This document shows, one piece after another, positions 39,148 to 55,004 of a stretch of DNA of 64,000 nucleotides. The DNA comes from Eledone cirrhosa (taxonomy: Eukaryota), in NCBI GenBank assembly GCA_964016885.1, contig OZ024743.1, forward strand, positions 324,756,001 through 324,820,000, given 5' to 3'. A model generated the notes under the pieces. It ran no database searches. It had not been told where the DNA came from and saw only the letters and a program-made list of their open reading frames with translations. Made by a program: the position numbers and the translations under genes. The stretch's first letter is position 1; every line of letters starts with the position of its first letter.

Positions 39148-39777
39148 AATTGTTTTTAGGCTCACGGCTAGCAATATTTGGTGGGATGGGAAATTTGATT
39201 ATATAGATCCCAATACTTGACTGGCACTTTATTTTATACACCTCTGAAGGGTGAAATTCAAAGTTGACATCGACAGGATTTGAACTCAGAATGTGAATTA
39301 AATGCAGTAAAGGACTTTGCCTACCGTTCTTACAAATCTACCATCTTTCAAAAGCTATAATAATTCTTTCTAACTTTAGTATAAGGCTAGCAACTTGAGA
39401 AAAGAGGGACTTTATTTTATCGACATAGAAAAAATGAAAGGCAATGTTGACTTCAGCGGGATTTGAACTCAAAACGCAAAGAGCCAGAACAATACAACTA
39501 AACATTTGTCCGACGCTCTAACGAATCTACCAATCCACCACCTTTCAAAAACCGTTATAATGGTTTCTGATTTAAGCACAAGGCCAGCAATTTGAAGGGG
39601 AGGGGAAATTCGATTAAATCGATCCCAGTGCATGACTGGTGCTTTATTTATCGACCCCGTAAGGATGAAAGGCAAATCTAACCTCTGCGAGATTTGAACC
39701 CAGAACGTTAAGTGCCGTAACTTTATGCCGCAAAGCATAATGCCCAACGCTTTATCGACACTGCCAAGCCACCGCCC
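39148..39777 (-). mobile_element. Three tandem OR-like/Meta SINEs of different divergence
   Basis: GATTTGAAC(T/C)CA heads near 39280, 39462 and 39692, each with a family core. Confidence 0.75.
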
Positions 39778-40567
39778 TGATAATAAAAATACTTCTGTAA
39801 CATAAGCAAGTTATAAAGTAAGTGGACTAATTGTAAAGAAAATAAAACTACACTTTGAAAGGTGAGTTTATTAAATACAATGTATAAATGTGTATATAAT
39901 TACTGTTGCACGAATGTTAACACTATTTCTCTCTCTTCTACTCCGACTTCGTTTCTCTCACTATCTGTCCCGTGTCTTACCCTTCCGGGCGTTTAGTCCA
40001 TCCTTCGATCTTTTGTTTTTCAGCTTTGGTAGGTAGCTGACTACTTTTCTTCAACTCCCAACCCAAACACACCCACCTGACGCAATTTGGATTTTAACCC
40101 TTCATTCCTTCCAGTGTTAACATATTACACATTTTACTTGCTGAGTCCGTTGTTTAATTCAAATCGTAATGTTTTACGTATTTATCTGTTTGGTCGAAGG
40201 ACACACGCTCTGTCCATTTTTTGTTTTGTTATCCTCTCACATACATCTTAACAAAGAGAGTGGTTCTGCAGTCTGTTACGCAGACAGACATTGCAAGTGG
40301 AATACTACTTTAATGTTCGAAATTACACGCCAGCAATGTGGCTGACGGGGAAGAGATGTAGCTCTCTATTCGACTTATGTAACTGAAAAAATTCTGCTGA
40401 TATATAAATATATATAAATCTGTGAGCATGTGTGTGTGTGTGTGTGCATATATATGTGTGTGTTTGTGTGTGCATATATATATATGTGTGTGTGTGTGTG
40501 CATATATATATATGTGTGTGTGTGTGCATATATATTAGACACACGGTTTACTGTGTTTCTTACTGCA

Positions 40568-40607
<40 letters not shown>

Positions 40608-40609
<2 letters not shown>

Positions 40610-40896
40610 CGAAGGAATTGTGGTAAGGAACCAGATGGACCATAACGCACCAAAGTACTCAATACTTAGGGTAGTAGAGTGGGTAATAGGAACAAGTATG
40701 ACCCCGACGGCAGAGCTCAAGCCGTTTCGACGGCTAATTCTGGACTCCAGAATTCTGAGTCTAGAATTAGCCGTCGAAACTGCTTGAGCTCTGCCGTCGG
40801 GGTCATACTTGTTCCTATTACCCACTCTACTACCCTAAGTATTGAGTACTTTGGTGCGTTATAGTCCATCTGGTTCCTTACCACATTTCCTTCGTT
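40608..40896. repeat. Near-perfect spacerless 289-bp palindrome flanked by (TA)n
   Basis: Centre at GAATTC 40750-40755. A single-arm copy lies at 51563-51692 and a fragment at 48017-48042. Confidence 0.95.
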
Positions 40897-41286
40897 ATAT
40901 ATATATATATATATATACACTATGATGATGATGGTTGAAACTTGAAACTTGATTTCTAGTAATGCCATCGCTTGATATTTAAGCATGTGCATCACGGACG
41001 TGGCTCTTTAGTCCTGTGTATGAGTGTATGTGTGTGCGTGTGCGTAAGTGTGTGTGTGTATGTGTGTGTGTGTGTGTGTGTGTGTAAGCACTATGTTAGT
41101 CTTTTTTTTCTGTCCTGTACAGAATAAATTAATTTTGAAAAACCGCATTATTAAATATGTCGGTATGAGTTTGTATCAACACTCGTGAAAAATGTGGTTT
41201 TCATACATTTGTACATATTGATATATACATTACGAAACACACACACACACACACACACAAACACACATATTTATATATATATATAT

Positions 41287-41353
<67 letters not shown>

Positions 41354-41388
41354 AAAGAATAGAGGTGTAACACACAAGTTATTATATA

Positions 41389-42373
<985 letters not shown>

Positions 42374-42432
42374 ATACTTGGGGAGGGTCATATTGTTGTA
42401 ATAATATTGCCAGAATTAATAACAGAACACAC

Positions 42433-42463
<31 letters not shown>

Positions 42464-42899
42464 TCACACACACATACACACACACACTCACGCATTCATA
42501 CGATTGCCGGAAACTTCAAGGCATGGTGTCAAATAAAATCCTCTGTACAATATTCCTAAACATTCTGAAGATTACCACAGTAAAGTATATAAGGTCAGAA
42601 TATATTACGTGTGTTTAATACCTAGCTTTGAAGTTTTAAGCATTTTGTAGAATGGTATTTCTATATAATACCTGAGTATCTCATAATACTGGTCGCATAT
42701 ATATATTATGTCAGCGAGTGAATGTGTTTCGTAATATATATATATGTGTGTGTGTATGTGCGTGTGTCTGAGCGCGCCTATGTGTATGTGTGTATGTATA
42801 TTAGCAAAATTCAACTATTTCAATGCACGTTTTTGCCTATTAAAATATAATCTAGTTGGGCATATATGACCCCAGAGACAGAAAAAAGTAGACACCGTT

Positions 42900-42964
<65 letters not shown>

Positions 42965-42975
42965 TATACATATAC

Positions 42976-43054
<79 letters not shown>

Positions 43055-43097
43055 AAGAGAGAGAGAGAGGGAGAGATAGATAGATGGATAGATAGAT

Positions 43098-43169
<72 letters not shown>

Positions 43170-43387
43170 ATATATATTCAAGTTTCTGTGCAAACGAAAG
43201 AAAAGAGCAAATAACACATACTGTGGAAGTTGAGAATATTTTATTTAATCAGTTTTGCATTACGAAACGGTTTCATAGTTGTGAACATGACAAACTCTTT
43301 TGAATGTTATTTAATAACTAAGACATTTTGAAATGGAGAAGCTCATGAACTGGTATTTTAAGAACACGTGATGCTATATTTGCTACT

Positions 43388-44631
<1,244 letters not shown>

Positions 44632-44659
44632 TATATATATATATATATATATATATATC

Positions 44660-45453
44660 AATTACCACCAAACTATTCCCCTCTGTAATCTACCTTACAA
44701 CACTCCCTCTCAATCCTCTAACTTTATTCATTATCACTAAACTCTCTCAATCACCCTCTCTATATCAATTAACACCACACTCACCCCCTCTCTATATCTA
44801 CTACGCGGAACTCTCTTCCAAAACCCCTCTCTATATCTACTACACGGAACTTTCTTTCAATCCCCCTCTCTATATCAATTAACACCACACTCACTCCCTC
44901 TCTATATCTACTACACGGAACTCTCTTCCAAAACCCCTCTCTATATCTACTACACGGAACTTTCTTTCAATCCCCCTCTCTATATCAAATAACACCACAC
45001 TCACCTCCTCTCTATACCTACTACACGGCACTCTCTTCCATCCCCCCGCTATATATCAATAAACTCTATATCTGCCATACAACACTCTCTCTCATTCCCT
45101 CTCACTCTATCCATCACTACCAAACTCTCCCCCTCTCTATATCTATCAATTCCTATCTCTATCAATACTCTCACTCTATTCATTACCACTAAAACCCCCT
45201 CTCTCTCTCTCCATCAACAATACATCACTCTCTTCCAATTCCCCGCTCTATATCAATTAGCACTAAACTCTCTCCTTCTCTATATCTACCACCCGGAACT
45301 CTCTTTCAATTCCCCTCTATATATCTACATGTACATAAATAAATTGTATCGCATATACAAATAAATGTGTGTTTTGGTAGTTTGGGGAGAAAATATATAA
45401 TTATTGACGGGGCACAGGGCCCGCTGCGCCTCCCCCCAGTTCCACCACACCTG
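44660..45453 (+). repeat. C-rich minisatellite-containing dispersed repeat, copy 2
   Basis: Same subunits and 3' segment as 27605-28205. Confidence 0.75.
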
Positions 45454-45971
45454 TGTATATATATATATATATATACCGCCTTGGATCCTATTCCCCTCTT
45501 GGACTCAACTCACCCCCCCCCCATTTCTTTAATACCCCGTCCATTATCACACGCGCTTGTACATTCACCCCTAGATTCCTATCGCTCTCTCATGATCATA
45601 AACATCTCTTACAACTAATACAGACCGACTAAATATACACACTCCACTTTTCCCTTCACTGCTCTGTATACACATATACACACCCTTATATTAACATACT
45701 TTTGCTCGTAGTTTCGTACTTACATGCACACAAACTCTTTTACTTACATATACACAAACTCTTTTACTTACATATACACGCACACATTTCTTCTTAGCTT
45801 CGTACAAACGTATAACGCGCACACACACAGACACACACATGCTTACGCACGTGCACAAGTATAGCGCTTTTTACAAAAGGTTTTTTTTTCCATTTCAGGT
45901 AGACGCGCACTATCATCCACTTTTCTAAAAAAATAAATCATACACAAAACGGCAACATCAACAGTTTTCCA

Positions 45972-46192
45972 AGAGATGTCAACATGAATGGACCTGTTAT
46001 TTTTATCTAAAGACATTTTTTTCAATTACAACCCGCCCGTCCCCTCAATCTATCTTATTTCTCATTCTTTCTTCTGATGAAGGACTAACGTCCGAAACGT
46101 TAAAACCATCTTCCTGCTATTTCAAGCGTTAACCTAATATATTCCTTCCATATACTGTACCGATTGTGTTGTTATTTCTCTTTACCTTTTAC
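45972..46192 (+). mobile_element. Hammerhead repeat family H1, copy 3 (ribozyme motif 46070-46105)
   Basis: TCTT-CTGATGA-A-GGAC taac GTCC-GAAA-CG-TT-AAAA; core intact, one stem I mismatch. Confidence 0.82.
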
Positions 46193-46204
46193 ATACATAT
46201 ATAC

Positions 46205-46743
46205 GTGATGACTGCCCCCTCGTTATCGAGTATGGCCATTGCACGATATACCATTATTAATAATTATTAATTAATTCTATCGTGCAATGCCTGTGCGTGA
46301 AGATATTTTTTTTTTAGTGAGGAAAGACTGTGCACTGAGCCAATCCCACTCTCTGAGTGACAGTAGCTATAACCCGAAAAGAAGAAAAATCAATATCCTC
46401 GGTAACTACTGAGCTGCAGGCTTTATATCGGAGTTATCCCAGTTTCCTGAGTTGCCTTCTCCTAGAAGAATGCCCTGACAAAGGCCTGGGGTCCTTCACT
46501 CCCAGTGGTTTAACCGCGCGGTACATGTGTATATACATATTTACACACTTCTGGATAGCCGTTGACTCTTATGAGTTCTTCCGCCCTTTGTCAGGTTTTG
46601 ATTTTTGTCCTTCAGGGTGTCCAAATTCACCCTCTTCACCAAGTAAACTTGGTGGGGTTGCCGGCTTAGTCACCGACGATCCGACCATGCGACAGGTTGT
46701 ACTGGGTTACATGTTACCAGTAGCACTCAAGAGTGACCCGACA
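46205..46743 (-). mobile_element. Diverged relative of the RTE-derived non-autonomous family (shared 5' region, different 3' part)
   Basis: Minus strand GGGTCAC...GCTACTGGTAACATGTAACCCAGTACAACCTG...GAGTCAACGGCTATCC...TTCTAGGAGAAGG aligns with 23320-23590. Confidence 0.7.
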
Positions 46744-46828
46744 TATTCATACATACATACATATATATATATATGTGTGTATGTATATATATATATATAA
46801 ATACATATATATATACATATATACATAT

Positions 46829-47375
46829 ACATGTATCCCAGTACAGCCTGTCTCATGGTCGTTGGCGACTAAACTGGCAACCTCACCAAGGTTTCTTGGT
46901 GAGGAGGGTGACTTTGGACATCCTGCAGGACTAAAAACAAAACCTCTCAAAGGGAAAAGAAGCTCTTAAGAGTCAATGGCCATCCAAAATCACCGGGAGA
47001 GATGACCCCTTAGCCTTTGTCAAGGCAGAATTCTAGGAGAGGGAAAACTCTGATATAACACCTGCAACCCTGATGGTATCCAATGATGTTGACTTGTTCT
47101 TCTTTTTTGTAAATATCATCTTTTTGGTAAATATCATCTTTTTGGTAAATATCATCTTTTTGGTAAATATCTGGAGATTTCGCTGCACTTGTCGTCACAT
47201 AGTACCATGGGCCCAGCACTATGTATTAATAATTGTCACAAGTGTAGTGTTTGTACCAGAGTTTTCAAGTCGCTGGCTAGACTAAAAAGTCACACTCGTT
47301 CAGCGCATCGGTAGGGGTTCTCCTACATGGATATAAAGTAGTGGCCGTACTCGAAAACGAGTTGGCAGCCGCCAT
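46829..47375 (+). mobile_element. Non-autonomous RTE-derived element, copy 4, with an internal 18-bp tandem expansion
   Basis: Homologous to 23347-23925; TTTTTGGTAAATATCATC is repeated at 47103-47170. Confidence 0.8.
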
Positions 47376-47474
47376 GTATGTATATATATAAGGAAATCAC
47401 CAGGATTAAATTACATGAAATTATTTAATTGATTTACGAACGTTTCTATCAATACTGTGTTATCAGCTGATCTA

Positions 47475-47599
<125 letters not shown>

Positions 47600-47839
47600 G
47601 AGGTTATATTTAATTTGTTGGGATACAACAAGCTTAAAAATATTTTTATAACTGATATAAAGCACTCAACAAATTATTGGAGTAAATATACAATATATTA
47701 ACAAATGGAAACTATATTTATAAAACCATATTTATTTTATTATACATATTTCAAGGGCCACCAAGGCAAATTATGGTGCGCTTTCATCAGATAAAATACA
47801 ATACAGATTAGTTTTATAAATAAATATTGACATACCCTG

Positions 47840-47876
<37 letters not shown>

Positions 47877-47901
47877 TTGGTGGAACACTGGAAGGTAATA
47901 T

Positions 47902-47941
47902 CCGAGCTGAAGATCCGCGAAGGTGAAACAATTGTTCTCGG
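47902..47941 (+). ncRNA. Minimal type I hammerhead motif in a 90-bp island between (TA)n tracts
   Basis: CCGAG-CTGAAGA-T-CC gcgaa GG-T-GAAA-CAATTG-TT-CTCGG. Perfect stem I, palindromic stem III, weak stem II. Confidence 0.75.
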
Positions 47942-47965
47942 TATGGTGAACTGTTGTGTAACCAC

Positions 47966-48018
<53 letters not shown>

Positions 48019-48061
48019 TTCCTTACCACATTTCTTCCGTTATATATATATATATATATAT

Positions 48062-48230
48062 AGCTTTCACCGTATTTTTGACTAAAGAAATTTTAGGTAT
48101 GTAGTAAATGGACTGTTCATAACCAGATTCAGAAAGAGCCTTATTATAATATGCTGCATGGTTTATATATATCTCCTCATTTACTGATAGGATGGAGATC
48201 CTATACGAGATAGATTTGATTACTGCTCTG
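48062..48230 (-). pseudogene. Penelope-like element RT thumb-region fragment
   Basis: AVIKSISYRISILSVNEEIYINHAAYYNKALSESGYEQSIYY fits the PLE pattern I..R.S..S..EE.F......Y..AL..SGY. Confidence 0.7.
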
Positions 48231-48376
48231 ATGAACAGTCCATTTACTACATACCTAAATGCCACAGCAATTCACCACAACCATAATAAACTTAACACTA
48301 GAACTAGAAATACCTTAGCATATAGTCAGATTCGCCGGAATTTTAGCAGTAACAGCACTTATACAGGGAACCTTAA

Positions 48377-48583
48377 TGGTGGATTGGCGGTATCGGTAGA
48401 GGGTCGGACGCCATGCTTTCCAGCATAGTTACGTCCTTTACGATCTGAGTTCAAATCCCGCCGAGCTTGACTTTGCCTTTCATCCTTACAGGGTCGATAA
48501 AATAAAGTACCAGTAATGCACTGGGTAATTGCTGGCCTTGTGCCTAAAGTAGAAACAATTATTATTAATATTATTATTATTAT
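48377..48583 (+). mobile_element. OR-like/Meta SINE (short subtype)
   Basis: TGGCGGTATCGG A-box-like, GAGTTCAAATCC B-box, family core and (ATT)n tail. Confidence 0.82.
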
Positions 48584-48852
48584 TCTCTACATTACTTACA
48601 TCAAACTAAAATATGTTGACAATCTTTTAATAATGTCTTCCTTGTCAAATTTCTGGCCTTGTTTTGCTTAACTCATGAATATTTCCAGCTCTGAGCACCT
48701 AACCTCTGCATGAACCCAGCCACCTAGCTGCCTTCCACTGCATATTGCGCTTTGGCTTCTAACTAATTCACCAATCTCTCCTCTCCTATCTTCTCTCCTA
48801 TCTCCATCTCTTTCTTTAAGATTGGTTACTCTTGAACTGTGTATATATATAA

Positions 48853-48949
<97 letters not shown>

Positions 48950-48996
48950 ATATATATATATGTATATGTATGTGTATATATATATATATACGTATG

Positions 48997-49079
<83 letters not shown>

Positions 49080-49083
49080 GTGT

Positions 49084-49117
<34 letters not shown>

Positions 49118-49122
49118 ATATG

Positions 49123-49153
<31 letters not shown>

Positions 49154-49877
49154 CTGTTAGACACGCAGTGACTAACAACAGAATGTTTTAAGTCTGCATG
49201 TCTGACAATATATGCGTAGCTTGTGAATAAAATATTCAAGGGGTATTGCTGGCCGTGGCGATTCCTTCCAAACATATTTTGTAATGTATCGTCTTATTGG
49301 CTAATCAACCAACGAGATTAATTGTTGCTCAAAAGCGTTTTGTTTGCACTTTTATTTATCGTTTCGCTTTCGAATCTCTCTTCCGTATTTTGTCGTTTTA
49401 TCATCAAAATATTTTTCTCATTTTGGTAAGTTATATTGTTAATTTATATATGATTTTTTAAATTCATATTAACTATTTTTTTTTCAATTCGTTATAACAT
49501 GCTTATAATATCGGTTGTATCATATTTACTTGTATATATGTCCATATTATTGTTCGTTTTATGTTAGATTATTTTATTATTATTATGTTAGATTATTTTT
49601 TTAATTATTATGTTAGACTATTTGTATGTAATATTTAATTTTTATTAATTCAACTATAACAATTATTATGTAAAATATATTTATTTAATATTGATTGTTT
49701 TTGTAGCTGTTTATATTAAAAGTCTGAAAATATTTTTATACATCATACAATAATATTTATAAGATCATTTATAAAATAAAAATTATATAATCTAATTACA
49801 TAACAACGATACTTTATTATTAATATATATCATGTTTAACTAGAGTTATTACAAGCGTTGCCTTAAAAAAATATTAA

Positions 49878-50324
49878 ACTAGACCTGAAAAATGCGCAAG
49901 CTCAAAAGTGCCACAGAATGTTATAATAAACCTTCAAAAGTGTGGGACTAGATTTGTTGCTCAAAAATATTGTAATCATTATCTATCGTACACTCTGTGG
50001 CATCCTTTTATAAAAAAGAGACTCATAACGAACTCAAGACGACACGATAGTTATTTAAGTGAATTTATAATATAGAATGCGGTTTAAGTGCATTTCGTAT
50101 TAATCATTACTAAACATCTAATATGAGATATTGAACATTAGCTTAAATAATTATCGTGTCGTCTTGAGTTCGTTATGAGTCTCTTTTTTTATAAAAGGAT
50201 GCCACAGAGTGTACGATAAATAATGATTACAATATTTTTGAGCAACAACTCTAGTCCCACACTTTTGAAGGTTTATTATAACATTCTGTGGCTCTTTTGA
50301 GCTTGCGCATTTTTCAGGTCTAGT
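49878..50324. mobile_element. Fold-back/MITE-like element with about 182-bp arms and an 82-bp spacer
   Basis: ACTAGACCTG...TTTAAG (49878-50059) is mirrored by CTTAAA...CAGGTCTAGT (50142-50324). Confidence 0.85.
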
Positions 50325-50350
50325 ATATATATATGTTTATATATATATAC

Positions 50351-50389
<39 letters not shown>

Positions 50390-50519
50390 ACACATTTAAG
50401 TTAATTTGATCACCAATGGGTAGAACTGGTGGTTCTCATAGGCAAATCATGATGTAACAAATCAATCAAAACGGTCGTTTTATAAATACAATTATATATA
50501 TATATATATAAGTCTAAAA

Positions 50520-50778
50520 TCTGTCTTAAGCCAGAAGGCTCATTTGGCCGGTGCTTATCCCGGTTTCATGGCGTGAAGCGACTGAGAGTACAACACTCAC
50601 CCATAGACAAGACGCCAGTCCATCGCAGGGTCAAACCCCCTAGCTATTGCTGGTACTCATTTTCACGTATTCAACGTGAAATGAAATGTTTTTGCTAAAG
50701 AACACAACACGCAATCCAAGATTCGCACCCACGACATTATGTTCGTAAGTCCAATACCCTTACCACTAAGCCACGTGA
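50520..50778 (-). mobile_element. tRNA-derived SINE (third type)
   Basis: Minus strand GTGGCTTAGTGGTAAG A-box and GTGCGAATC B-box-like, then ATGAGTACCAGCAATAGC...TCGCTTCACGCCATGAAACCGGGATAAGC. Confidence 0.65.
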
Positions 50779-50792
50779 CTCCACACACACAC

Positions 50793-50928
<136 letters not shown>

Positions 50929-51108
50929 AGATAAGCAGAACAAGTAAAATTCAACCAATTTTTCAAAATAAATCAAAATTAATATACAATTAAAATTAAT
51001 CAAAATTAAAAAATATAATATAAATATTTACCTATTCAATATATATATATATAAATGTGTGTGTGTGTGTGTGTACATACATACATATACAGTACATATA
51101 TATATATA

Positions 51109-51482
51109 TGTAACGAAGGGTATTTTCATAAAGAACATGTTATAAAGAGTTACAACGGTTGAAAGTGTTTTTGGTGTTGCTTCATGAGGCTGGTGTAGTC
51201 TGAGACCAGGAGAGAGAGAGAGAGAGAGTAATGGTCTGTGGTTGTCTGTAGACCTCAGTGGCCTTTAGATAGCGGTAACTCTTTACATAGCTTGTCTATA
51301 GCGTACTGCTCCGATCTCTCTGTGTGTTAGACATGGGATGACACAGGCTTTTTATACCTGTCACTTTCTGTCTCCCGCCTCGAGGGATCGCCCATGCATG
51401 AACTTGTTCACGCCGAAAAGGATGGTGACCTATAATTTGACTTTTAGGTGTCACCCAGGGTTCAAGGCGTGGACAGACTTCG

Positions 51483-51487
<5 letters not shown>
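51109..51487 (-). mobile_element. Probable solo LTR (379 bp)
   Basis: TG...CA termini with short inverted repeat TGTAACGAAG / CTTCGCTACA; TATA-like GTATAAAAA on the minus strand near 51350; microsatellite flanks, no clear TSD. Confidence 0.6.
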
Positions 51488-51564
<77 letters not shown>

Positions 51565-52080
51565 CGAAGGAAGTGTGGTAAGGAACCAGATGGACCATAA
51601 CGCACCAGAGTACTCAATACTTAGGGTAGTAGTTGTGGGTAATAGGAACATTTTTAACCCCGACGGCAGAGCTCAAGCCGTTTCGACGGCTATTTTCCTA
51701 TATATATATATATATATTTAGTGATTTAATCCTGGTATGTATATAAGCATTTCTAACATTAATTTTTACCTAATTATGTATGGTTGACCGTATATTTAAT
51801 TCATTTCCACGTGCTGTTGAAATGTTGGGTAAATATTCTTTAACGGTCGGACGCGAAGACGCCGCTATGGCGTATTTCTTTACTGTTTCTTCATAGATGC
51901 CTTTTATTCTTATAGCCTGACCTAGTTGATTTTTTGTGTGATTAATTATGCTGATTGGGAGTAGAGATGGTGTATATATATTATCAAATAATTCTCTTTA
52001 CTTTATAGTATATATATATATATATATATATTATAGTGACGAAACATAAGTCAATTGCATGAATTCATAATCCTTTATTT

Positions 52081-52136
52081 ACTGCTATATATATTTCGCT
52101 GATAGCCATTGAATGGCTATTACCTCATCAGGCAGT
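52081..52136 (-). ncRNA. Type I hammerhead motif immediately followed by AATAAA
   Basis: Minus strand ACTGC-CTGATGA-GGTAATAGCCAT tca ATGGCTATCAGC-GAAA-TATATA-TA-GCAGT-AAATAAA. Perfect 5-bp stem I. Confidence 0.75.
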
Positions 52137-53689
52137 TAGTCAGTTCTTAGATATGCCAGCTCTGTGTTTTTGGTGTTGATGGTATCAGAGCCTTGGGACA
52201 TATCTATATTATATATATATACTTTGTTTTTGTATTTGTTTTGCAAAATTCTTGATGTGAAATTATTTGTTGAAACAGTTATTAGTATACATTGTGAGGG
52301 TCATGTAGCCATTAAAGGCACCCGTATAATTTGAGTTTCACTTCAGTTTCATTAATCGTCAAATAATTAATCCATTCCTTGGTTAGTTCAGTTACCGGAT
52401 AGTTATTTAATTATCAAAGCTCTTTCGTGGCACATTCTGTGGCCATCTCGATCACTATTCCCCTCGTCTTCATTTTGATTTTGTTTTATTTATTCCATCT
52501 TCTCTATCTGTGATGTGTGTGAGGGGTTGCGCATGCGTATGGGTGCTTATATGTGTTTTTCTCCGCGTGTGTTTGTGTCTGTATATGTCTTTGTATACTG
52601 TTACTTCCACAGGTTTATTTGTTTTATGTTTACATGTGTATGTGTGCGCATGTGTTTGTATATTTATATCTAGTTTCTATCTTAGGTTTGTATGTACGTG
52701 TATGCGTGTGTGTGTTTATCTTTATCTGCATATATGGAGTATTTGTGTATAGTCTGGTGTATCTCCCACTGGCCTTCGTGTATCTTTATTTATCTATGTC
52801 CATGTGTATGCACTTGTTCACATCTCTACGCATGTCCCTATTTCTTTCTCTTTGTCCATTCTTATGTGTGCTATTTTTTTCGCCTGTCACTAGGCAGTTA
52901 CTACTCTATTCCTGTTTTCTATTGAGGATGTATTTATGTCTGTTTGTTCAGTCCTGTGCATCTATTCACATGTCATAATATTTTTGTCATCAGTCACTAG
53001 ACTGAATCGTTGTTGCTATTCCATTTTTGCTTTCTATTGAGGGTGGGTTTAATTTCTGTTATATTGGTAGCTTCCTTAATCTGTCTGATCAGTGTCGGTT
53101 CTATGTGTAGATATTTTTACTTCGATGTTTTCTAGTGAGCCACCGTGTTCTAGTTCATCCTCCTTCACTGGAACATTAATTCTATGAACAAGCTGTTTCA
53201 TTGAACGAACTACTGGAATACTCATCGTTGAAACCGACGGAGGTCCATTCCGATATCGTATATGAGTGTGAGTCACAACAAATAAATTATTTATAAAATA
53301 AAATTAGATTTTTAAAAAACAAGTGTTCGTTTTCGATGAAATCAAATTATTTATTATATTCCGATTTAAATATAAAATAAAAAAGCATACAAAGTATATA
53401 AACTCTAAAATATGAAATATTTATTCCCAACCAGCATTTAATAATCAATGTTTCTGCATAATTATTTTCTAGCTTTTATTTTCCTAACTTTTTTAGTCCA
53501 GCTGTCAGCAAGTTTTTGTTATTGTTGCTTTTGTTGTTTATGTTGTTTTGTTGCTTTTGTTCTTTTTGTTGTTTTGTTGTTTTGCTGTTTTTGTTGTTTT
53601 CAATAATGCTGACTCTAATTTGTACCATTCGTCTTGAAGTAGCACGGATGAAATTATTGAACTCTACATCGATTTCATTTAATTATTTG

Positions 53690-53812
53690 TCATAATTTTC
53701 CAATAATATTATTCTGCTCTGGAGACGGTCCAGGACAAAATGAATATTTCAATTTCATTATCGTTGAGAAAATGTTTGACTAAATTGGCAGCAGAATGTG
53801 CCAGGACAGAAC
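53690..53812 (-). pseudogene. Tc1/mariner DDE transposase relic
   Basis: Hand translation AHSAANLVKHFLNDNEIEI, frameshift, then CPGPSPEQNNI; resembles H.A..VK.FL...I...WP..SPDLN.IEN. Confidence 0.5.
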
Positions 53813-54435
53813 ACGGAACCTTACCATATTGGAATATTACCAAAATTTTGCGGATAAACGTGATGGTTAATGAAAAGAAGACACCATGGAAAAATGTCTT
53901 TTATGTTGCTGCTGTTGTGTAGCCCCAGGTCAGCCTTAATCGACCAATTCTATAATTTAAGCCGATAACGTTAATGGATCGAAGGCCGTATCTAAGACTA
54001 CATTATCGAATATAAAAATAAATTACACATTAGCCTATGTAATCGCAGGTATACAAACAGACTGAATTGCAAGTCTGTTTAATCATAGTTGGTCTGGGAC
54101 AAAATAACAACAGCAATAACAGCAACAACAACTTAAAGTGTATGCAGGCCTCTACGCCGTCGCTTGACTTTTGAAAACTAGGAGCTAAATATCCTTAAAA
54201 ATGGAAATATATATTGATCAATATAGGTCTAGGTATACAGGAGGTCCAGGAAGGCCAAGGTTGGAAGGCTTTTATCACAGATATACGAAATCAGCGTAGA
54301 GCTAGGGCTAAATAACAGCAAGTTAATAAAGTAGCGGAAATAAAGTGTTGTGATGGTTATGCCATGCTTATCCCATCACATGTAACTTAAATGATGTGGA
54401 ACAGCTTCAAGTGGGAATTGAAACTAGACCCCATC

Positions 54436-54550
54436 CTTCTTCTTCTTCTTCTTCTTCTTCTTCTTCTTCTTCTTCTTCTTCTTCTTCTTCTTCTTCTTCT
54501 TCTTCTTCTTCTTCTTCTTCTTCTTCTTCTTCTTCTTCTTCTTCTTCTTC
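54436..54550. repeat. (CTT)n microsatellite
   Basis: Read directly from the sequence. Confidence 0.97.
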
Positions 54551-55004
54551 ATGTGTATGAGACTGTTGCTATCTCACGTTATTGTCGTTCGCCTGATCGA
54601 AATAGATATCAGTGATCAGTTTCCAGGTCCCACCGCGAGGATGTCGACAATTTGGACCCATCTCATCCATCTCTAACCAGAAGCTCCTATCTAGGAGACA
54701 TTATGCTGTAGCCGCCATATTTACACGTCAGCATAAATAGAAAATTAAAAGGAGAAACTGCTCTAGAAATAACGTTAAACCTTAAACATTCCTTTCTAAA
54801 TTAGTTAGACTCACAAAAATATTTGCCAATTGCTCTCACCCTGAAAATATAACTTCCAGCAATGTTCCTTCGTAATAAAATATGTAAATACACAAACATC
54901 CAGTCACGTATATTTCAGAAATACCTTTCTTATTGGCGAAAAAGGAGGGGTTTGAGAGATGAATAGGGAGTGTATTCTATTATTATTATTATTACTATTA
55001 TTAC

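Noticed and set aside
39816-40280. Possible solo LTR (TGTAACA...TGTTACG)
   Set aside because: The terminus is not CA, there is no TSD and no second copy, so support is insufficient.
42564-42595. CTGAAGA-TTAC caca GTAA
   Set aside because: GAAA and stem I cannot be assigned.
48228-48237. CTGATGA at the PLE inversion junction
   Set aside because: Created by the junction itself; no ribozyme stems follow.
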